NCBI GenBank assembly: GCA_049840875.1
Contig: JASGJE010000011.1
Location: forward strand, 695,978-759,977
Origin: Chitinophagaceae bacterium
GTDB taxonomy: Bacteria > Bacteroidota > Bacteroidia > Chitinophagales > Chitinophagaceae
Direction of reading: 5' to 3'
DNA: 64,000 nucleotides
The notes beneath the pieces are model-generated. The model did not search any database. It was not told the origin of the DNA and worked only from the letters and a program-made list of their open reading frames with translations. Shown here piece by piece: positions 57,618-64,000 of the stretch (the stretch's first letter is position 1; each line of letters begins with the position of its first letter). A program made the position numbers and the translations under genes.

Positions 57618-59984
57618 TCAGAACTGGTATCCTACTGTGAACATGAAATTTCTTGGCATTCCCGGCCATTTTGCAATATTATTATAAGCCGCTGCCCAAT
57701 ACGTTTTATCGGTTATATTATTTAATAAGGCCCCTAGCGAAACGCGTTTGATCTTATAATGAATGCCCGCATTAAAAATTACATAACCCGGTAAAATTGT
57801 AGCCGGGTCAAGTGTGTTTCTTTTGCTCGCCTGGCTATGACCGAAAGAAATTCCCAATCCTTTTACAGCACCTCTGCTGAATGTATAATTGATCCAGCTC
57901 GTGCTCAGGTTATGTGGGGCATTTTCAACTGTCTTTCCGATTTCCTCAGGCACTTTGCTTTTTGTAATTTTTGCATTACAATATGCATACGAAAATGATA
58001 CCGCCAGGTTTGAAAGAATGTTGCCATTTATTTCCGTCTCTATTCCCATCGACCTGTCTTGCCCCTGTTGAACAAATAAATCCGGGTTTAAAATATCATT
58101 CGCATTCACTGCTACATTTTGTACTGTTAATCTGTATAGCGCTAATGACGCCGAAACTTTATTAGCCATAAAGCTTGACTTGGCGCCGATCTCGGCCAAT
58201 GAGCTTCTGATTGGTTTAAGAGGAGCATTAAAAACCTGTAGTGTACTAGAGGCTTCAAATGGGTCAAAACCTGTATTGAAAGATGCATAAACGGAAACTG
58301 ATGGAATAACAGAATAAACAACACCGGCGCGGTAAGTGAAAATATCTTGTCGTATTTCATCATCGTCATCATCTCCTTCACCACGATAAAATTCACGTCT
58401 CAGGCCGAGCAAAAATTTCCATCGGTTAAGGCTGATATAATCCTGCACATAAATACCATGAGTGGAATAAATGCTTGCATCGACACCGGCTGATTCATCT
58501 TCCTCATCAGAGAGCTCATAATCATTTACAGGACGAGCAACATAAACAGGTTTACTTAAACTGAATGTACCAACTATACCACTAGCGTCGCCGAATTGAT
58601 CAGGCAACTCATAAAAAATTTGACCAAGATTGACTTTACTTCTTATATAGTCATACCCGAATAGTAGTTTATGTCTTGCTTTGCCCGTAGCAAACTGGTA
58701 CGTAAAATAATCCGATAGTGAATTGGTAACCGTATTATAATTCCATTTTGTAAAATATAAATTAACGGAGTCATCGGTAATAAAATTCTTTAAGCCGTGA
58801 TTGGCTACTGTTTGACGGGTATTGTAATTCAGAAATCCTGCAGAAAAACTTAGCCGCTTGTTGATTTTGTAAGAAGCGCTGACTATAAGCGCTCTATCTG
58901 TTTCATGAAGAAAATCGCCAGGCTGAGTTATTGACAGCTTTGTTGGAGTAGACGTTAAGTTAGAATCATTCTGAAAACCCGGTTGTCCCCTGTCAAGAAC
59001 TGTATTGACATGCGATAATGAAAAATCAACGTTTACCTGTAGTTTATTATTTGGAATAAACGACAATGATGGCGCAACCTGGTATGATTTGCCATAGAAT
59101 TGATTGCTGAATGATTTTGTATTATCATAACCGGCATTAAACCGATAGAGCAGCGTTTTACTTCTGTTCAACGGGCCTGTCAAATCTGTCATGCCTCTGA
59201 AATGATCCCAGCTTCCACCAAAAAGATCGATTGAATAAGCGGCTTTATCCAGCGGCTTTTTGGTTACAAGATTAATTGTTCCTCCGGGGTCACCATTGCC
59301 ATATAGCGATGCAACAGGTCCTTTGATGACTTCAATCCTTTCTATATTGACCAGCATTGAACTGGTGTAAGTAGTATTATAACCTCTCAGCCCATTTATA
59401 TTACCGGCATTTTCTGCCCTGAATCCCCTGATCGTGTATTCATCATACCCTGAATATTGATTTACGCCTGAAGCCGCTTCAAGCGCATCTTTCATCGTAA
59501 ATTCCATTTTATCCTTAATCAGCTCTTTTGTAATGGTAGAAACAGATTGCGGTATATCTTTTAAAGCTGTCTCCGTTTTTGTCGCTAAAAAAGAATAGTC
59601 GCTTTTGTAGGATCTTAGTTTGCGACCGGTAATTTCTACATTCTGCAACTCTTTTATATCCTGTGTCAGGCGAATTGTGCCCAGGTCAACGGCTTCACCT
59701 GATCTTAATTGAATTCTTATAATAAACGTTTTTGAATCTATTGATGAAATAATAAGGGAATCATTCAACGCTGGTAGCTGCAGGAAACTGAATACGCCTT
59801 TCGCATCAGTTGTTGCAATCTTTCGGGATTGTTTTAATTCTATAGTTATATTTTCCAGGGGCAGGCCATCTGTGTCTACTATTTTTCCGCGAATGGCTCC
59901 TGTGTAAATCTGTCCGATTACGGTTAAATGTAAACAAGCTAATAAGAATAGTAAAGCGGTTCGCTTTAAAAAAACAATTTTCAT
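57618..59984 (-). CDS. TonB-dependent outer-membrane receptor with an N-terminal CarboxypepD_reg domain
   Basis: Signal peptide, plug-domain motifs, C-terminal beta-barrel ending in the aromatic ...FTVGYQF. Confidence 0.8.
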   Translation of the reverse strand: MKIVFLKRTALLFLLACLHLTVIGQIYTGAIRGKIVDTDGLPLENITIELKQSRKIATTDAKGVFSFLQLPALNDSLIISSIDSKTFIIRIQLRSGEAVDLGTIRLTQDIKELQNVEITGRKLRSYKSDYSFLATKTETALKDIPQSVSTITKELIKDKMEFTMKDALEAASGVNQYSGYDEYTIRGFRAENAGNINGLRGYNTTYTSSMLVNIERIEVIKGPVASLYGNGDPGGTINLVTKKPLDKAAYSIDLFGGSWDHFRGMTDLTGPLNRSKTLLYRFNAGYDNTKSFSNQFYGKSYQVAPSLSFIPNNKLQVNVDFSLSHVNTVLDRGQPGFQNDSNLTSTPTKLSITQPGDFLHETDRALIVSASYKINKRLSFSAGFLNYNTRQTVANHGLKNFITDDSVNLYFTKWNYNTVTNSLSDYFTYQFATGKARHKLLFGYDYIRSKVNLGQIFYELPDQFGDASGIVGTFSLSKPVYVARPVNDYELSDEEDESAGVDASIYSTHGIYVQDYISLNRWKFLLGLRREFYRGEGDDDDDEIRQDIFTYRAGVVYSVIPSVSVYASFNTGFDPFEASSTLQVFNAPLKPIRSSLAEIGAKSSFMANKVSASLALYRLTVQNVAVNANDILNPDLFVQQGQDRSMGIETEINGNILSNLAVSFSYAYCNAKITKSKVPEEIGKTVENAPHNLSTSWINYTFSRGAVKGLGISFGHSQASKRNTLDPATILPGYVIFNAGIHYKIKRVSLGALLNNITDKTYWAAAYNNIAKWPGMPRNFMFTVGYQF

Positions 59985-60452
59985 ATAAACCGTTATGAAA
60001 AAGGATTAGATGGCCACGTAAAATAGTTTAAAATATGATTTGCACTTTCCCGGTGCGCCAATTGTGATTAAATATTTATTTATCAGAAAGCGAAATTCGT
60101 CCACGTTTTTTCCAACAATAGACTTAGCGAAGCTATTGAACTATACGAACGCCATTTTTCCAGATCAGTAATCGGGTGAATGGAAATTGTATTCATTTGA
60201 ACGATTTATTCAAACTCATAAATATGCCATGCAAATTTTTTGAAACCGGAAAGGAGGGCGATAGTTTACAATATCCACATAGAACGTTCACAACTTTTAG
60301 TTCGTGCTTTTGTTTTTTTGCTGACTTTTTAAGTATTTTGATTATACATCTCTCCCATATCCTTTTTAAACTGCTCAAACCTTTAGAAAATCTCCATTTA
60401 TTTTTCAGGGCATCTGATTGGCGGTAACATATTGCTTTAACAAACCATCATT

Positions 60453-63400
60453 ATGAAAAGGCTAGTGCTTCTCTTTGCATTGTGCATTGCAGTTATTTGT
60501 TCTCCATTTTTATCCTATTCTCAAACAGATGTTTTAACGCAGCATAATGACCTGGAACGAACAGGCTGGAATAAAACAGAAACCCAACTTACCACAAGTA
60601 ATGTAAATACAAGTACGTTTGGTTTATTATTTACCCGTTCGGTTGATGATAATCCGTATGCGCAACCACTCATCGTATCTGGTGTCAATATCCCGGGGGT
60701 CGGCGCCAGGAATGTACTGTATGTTTGTACAGTTAATAATACTGTCTATGCATTTGATGCAGATGATGGTTCTGTTGCCGCATACTGGCAACGGAATTAT
60801 AATCCAACCGGCTATCGTGCCGCTAAGAAGACTGAAATGCACCCATCACTCTGTGGTGGCAGCTATGCAGATTTTGCTCAGAATATCGGAATCGTTGGTA
60901 CTCCTGTAATTGACAAGTCGACCAACACGATGTATTTCGTTACCAAAGTGGTTGATAATACAGCCGGTGTCGTTGATAATCATGCGTGGAATAATGACGA
61001 GTATAGTTATACCACTGATGGCTTTTATCAGTATCTCCATGCTGTGGACATCAGCACAGGCGCCGAAAAATTCAACGGCCCTATGAAAATTACAGCCACC
61101 GCTCCAGGCACCGGCGATGGCAGCGTGAATGGCTCCATAACGTTTGACGCACGCAGGCAATTCGATCGTTGCGGTCTTGTTTTATCACGAGGGATCGTGT
61201 ATATAACTTACGCAGCGCATTGTGACTGGAACCCTTCTCACGGATGGGTAATGGGCTACGATGCGGCTACACTGCAACAAAAAATGGTTTACATGACAAC
61301 GCCAAATGATGGAAGAGGTGGCATCTGGATGAGTGGCGCAGCACCAGCGGTAGATGCCACTGATGGCAGTCTTTTCTTTACCTCCGGAAATGCCTACGAT
61401 GGAACCAAGTACAGTAACTCACCTGCTGATCTTGTGAACCGCGGAGAAAGCGTGGTGAAACTAACTCCAAATAAACCTGATAATACGGCAACGGCATTGA
61501 CAATCACAAGCTATTTTACTCCTTATAATTATCAGCACTTAAATGACTTCGATGCAGATTTCCCGATACAAACCCTGTTAATCCCAAATACAAACCTGTT
61601 GTTGACGGGGTGTAAAGACGCAGCATTGTACCTGATGAACAAAGACAATCTTGGTGGCTTTAACACGACTACGAATAACGTGTTACAACGCCTTGGCATT
61701 GGTACAAATGGATTGATGCATTCATCTTTTGCCTACTATGGAGGCGCTACGAATAAATTGGTTTATCAATTTGCTGAGAATACGTTATTGCAAGCTTTCA
61801 AAGTAAATACCAGTTCGCTAACGCTAAGTGCAAGCAGTAATATAAGCGGACCAAGCGGTAGCTCCGGCGCTTATATGTCTGTATCTTCAAATGGCACCGA
61901 TAACAACTCCGCGATACTTTGGATCACCCATGCCCTTAATGGCTGCAATGCCAACCAGGCTATATGCGCAGGAGTTCTGAGAGCAGTAAGGGCAGATAAT
62001 GTAAATATCGAACTTTGGAATTCTTCATTAAACCCGGCAGATAACATGGGCAACTTCGGAAAGATGTCGCCTCCAACTATTGCTAACGGGAAAGTTTATG
62101 TCACTTCTTTTTCAAACCAGATAGCGGTGTATGGCAACAAACCCAATACCGGATGTACTAATCCCAACATTGCGCTTATAGCAAATAACAGCCTTGCCAC
62201 TTATTCAGCATCATCTACAGCAACCGGTAGCAATGTTGCCAGTGCATTTGATAATGATACAACAACAGCATGGACAGCAAACGCTTCAGGGACAGGTGGT
62301 GGAAACGGCGCCACTTTAACTGTAAATCTCGGCGCCAGCTTCACAGTTTGTAAAGTAGCAATACATTGGGGTGTAAACTATGCAAAGGCATTCAATGTGC
62401 AAGGTTCAACAGATGGTACAAACTTCACTACCATTTCCACTATAACTGGAAACATTTCCAAAGACAATGTGATCCCTATTTCAAATGTAAATTATCAATA
62501 CATACGACTGCAGGGAGTAACACGGCTCGACAATACAGCAGGTTATATTGTAAAAGAATTAGAAGTTGATGGCCAGGCTACAAATACTTGCGCTGCGCCA
62601 ACAGGATTAACTGCAACCAACATAACTGAAAATACAGCCAAATTAAACTGGCAGGGCATTCCGGATGCTACCAGTTATACAATACAATATAAAACCTCCC
62701 TTGTGAGTAGCTGGATAACAAGAACTACAACTGCTACAACGATCAATATCTCGGCGCTGACTTGCGGTACGGGATACACGTTTAAAGTAAACGCAGTCTG
62801 TGCTTCCGGTAAAGGCGCTGAAACTTCAGCAACATTTACTACAAGCGCCTGTACTAACAATTGTGGCATTTTACCAGCAAGATGGCTCAGTGCAGATATT
62901 GGAGATATTGGTATCACAGGTTCTTCATGTTTAAGCGGTGGCATTTACACAATTAAAGGTTCAGGCAACCGGATCGGCGGTACGTCGGATCAGTTTCAAT
63001 ATGCTTTCACAAGTTTTGCCGGTGATTTCAATATCCAAACTCAGATTATAACCCAGGATGCCGTTGCTGCAGGAAACAAAGCAGGTATTATGTTCAGAGA
63101 CAGTGTCAGCAACACTTCCCGATTTGTATTTGTGGGAACCACAAACGCCAACGGAATTGTTTTCGAATATCGAACTACACCGGGAGGAGCCACCACCCAG
63201 GTAACAATCACGAATATTAAAGCACCATACTGGGTTGAGTTGGTGAAATCGGGTACTCAATACACCGCTTATATTTCCCCGAGCGGTGGCGCCAACACAT
63301 GGACACAAATAGGAACAACCATCAACGGTGGTTTTGGAAACTCTGCAACCTATGCGGGAATGGCTGTTGCAAGTACTGATAACAGTCAGTTATCAACTGC

Positions 63401-63971
63401 TACATTCCGCAACTTCGCCGTACTTGAAGCGCCATTACTGGTTAAGCTGGTTGATTTCTCAGCAACGAATATGAACAATCAATATGTTCATTTAAAATGG
63501 TCCACATCTTCTGAGATCGATAGTAAATATTTTGAAGTTCAGAGAAGCGCTGATGGTTTGGATTTCGTAAGCATCAACCAGGTCACATCCGCGGGAAATA
63601 GCAACACCCTGCAGAATTATAGTGCAGACGATTACCAGGCAACAAACGGGCTCAACTACTACAGGCTTGCAGAGATATCCGCAGACGGAACTATTTCCTA
63701 TTCTTCTGTGGTCAAAGTTTTGTTTGGCACAAGAAATACGCCACAGATATTTCCAAACCCTGCCGGACCTTACGTTACCATTACATCAGGTGCAGAAATG
63801 ATTAAAGATGTTTCGATTTTTGACGCCGCTGGAAAGAACGTTGAAAGAATTTTGAATAACAATGGCCAATCTGTAATACGGATAAATACTGCGCAACTTG
63901 CAGCAGGAGTTTATATGATTAAGATTACAACGGCCTCACAAACATTCGAACAAAAATTGTTTAAGAAATAA
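60453..63971 (+). CDS. Large secreted multidomain T9SS cargo protein: N-terminal beta-propeller-like region, F5/8 type C (discoidin) domain, fibronectin-III domain, lectin/jelly-roll-like domain and a T9SS C-terminal sorting domain
   Basis: Signal peptide; FN3-like CAAPTGLTATNITENTAKLNWQGIPDATSYTIQYK; the C-terminal ~80 aa (...VYMIKITTASQTFEQKLFKK) is T9SS CTD-like. Confidence 0.65.
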   Translation: MKRLVLLFALCIAVICSPFLSYSQTDVLTQHNDLERTGWNKTETQLTTSNVNTSTFGLLFTRSVDDNPYAQPLIVSGVNIPGVGARNVLYVCTVNNTVYAFDADDGSVAAYWQRNYNPTGYRAAKKTEMHPSLCGGSYADFAQNIGIVGTPVIDKSTNTMYFVTKVVDNTAGVVDNHAWNNDEYSYTTDGFYQYLHAVDISTGAEKFNGPMKITATAPGTGDGSVNGSITFDARRQFDRCGLVLSRGIVYITYAAHCDWNPSHGWVMGYDAATLQQKMVYMTTPNDGRGGIWMSGAAPAVDATDGSLFFTSGNAYDGTKYSNSPADLVNRGESVVKLTPNKPDNTATALTITSYFTPYNYQHLNDFDADFPIQTLLIPNTNLLLTGCKDAALYLMNKDNLGGFNTTTNNVLQRLGIGTNGLMHSSFAYYGGATNKLVYQFAENTLLQAFKVNTSSLTLSASSNISGPSGSSGAYMSVSSNGTDNNSAILWITHALNGCNANQAICAGVLRAVRADNVNIELWNSSLNPADNMGNFGKMSPPTIANGKVYVTSFSNQIAVYGNKPNTGCTNPNIALIANNSLATYSASSTATGSNVASAFDNDTTTAWTANASGTGGGNGATLTVNLGASFTVCKVAIHWGVNYAKAFNVQGSTDGTNFTTISTITGNISKDNVIPISNVNYQYIRLQGVTRLDNTAGYIVKELEVDGQATNTCAAPTGLTATNITENTAKLNWQGIPDATSYTIQYKTSLVSSWITRTTTATTINISALTCGTGYTFKVNAVCASGKGAETSATFTTSACTNNCGILPARWLSADIGDIGITGSSCLSGGIYTIKGSGNRIGGTSDQFQYAFTSFAGDFNIQTQIITQDAVAAGNKAGIMFRDSVSNTSRFVFVGTTNANGIVFEYRTTPGGATTQVTITNIKAPYWVELVKSGTQYTAYISPSGGANTWTQIGTTINGGFGNSATYAGMAVASTDNSQLSTATFRNFAVLEAPLLVKLVDFSATNMNNQYVHLKWSTSSEIDSKYFEVQRSADGLDFVSINQVTSAGNSNTLQNYSADDYQATNGLNYYRLAEISADGTISYSSVVKVLFGTRNTPQIFPNPAGPYVTITSGAEMIKDVSIFDAAGKNVERILNNNGQSVIRINTAQLAAGVYMIKITTASQTFEQKLFKK

Positions 63972-64000
63972 TCAGCTCTTTTGAAACGTAAAAAATAAAA

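Noticed and set aside
1-64000. tRNA, rRNA, tmRNA, RNase P genes
   Set aside because: No cloverleaf-type conserved motifs (for example GGTTCGAATCC T-loop) or rRNA-like stretches were seen. All long non-coding gaps are explained by repeats or AT-rich spacer.

Overview
The window looks like Bacteroidota chromosome (Chitinophagaceae-like by gene content and gliding/T9SS genes). There is no CRISPR array, rRNA or tRNA. Coordinates I derived by hand may be off by 1-3 nt; CDS ends otherwise follow the ORF track.

Regions, left to right:
- 1-4.0 kb: two tandem orphan sensor histidine kinases with different sensor domains but a nearly identical ~850-bp catalytic module.
- 4.0-16.0 kb: a glucuronoxylan side-chain/glucuronate catabolic locus. 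It carries a CE4-CE15 fusion esterase, a SASA-type acetylesterase, GH43, a DUF4262-like protein, uxuA, GH67 alpha-glucuronidase, an SDR and uxaC.
- 16-19 kb: a metallophosphoesterase and an M20 peptidase.
- 19-25 kb: a T9SS-sorted protein, a YfbK-like VWA protein, an ECF sigma factor and a putative anti-sigma factor with a TonB-C-like end. Nested palindromes lie between the sigma and anti-sigma genes.
- 25-39 kb: DUF2911 protein, an SSF transporter with an upstream 52-aa 2-TM ORF, an LmbE-like deacetylase, a flotillin-like pair, an M14 carboxypeptidase, GGT, a DinB-like protein and a PorT-like beta-barrel.
- 39.3-47.1 kb: the 2400-aa T9SS translocon SprA next to ruvA.
- 47.1-51.7 kb: an accessory, apparently AT-richer island between ruvA and a nitroreductase gene.
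- 51.7-64 kb: nitroreductase, fabH, a Cys/Met PLP enzyme, D-aminoacylase, GNAT, a TonB-dependent receptor and a 1172-aa T9SS cargo protein.

The island is the most interesting part. It begins with a tandem array of about five ~151-bp palindromic repeat units. It then carries a translationally coupled minus-strand operon hicB-hicA-orf46-orf190 with two uncharacterised members. An IS1595-family IS with recognisable imperfect terminal inverted repeats (IRs) abuts the hicB start. Two small unknown ORFs follow. A REP-associated tyrosine transposase (RAYT, IS200-like HuH with a YIxNQ C-terminus) closes the island, and its 3' end abuts a REP-core-like inverted-repeat partner of the array boundary.

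The same REP/MITE-like family has 13-14-bp terminal inverted repeats (TIRs) TTTGGCTAAAGCC/GGCTTTAGCCAAA around a GGCAAT-containing hairpin. It recurs as single copies downstream of the GH67, M20 and PLP-enzyme genes.
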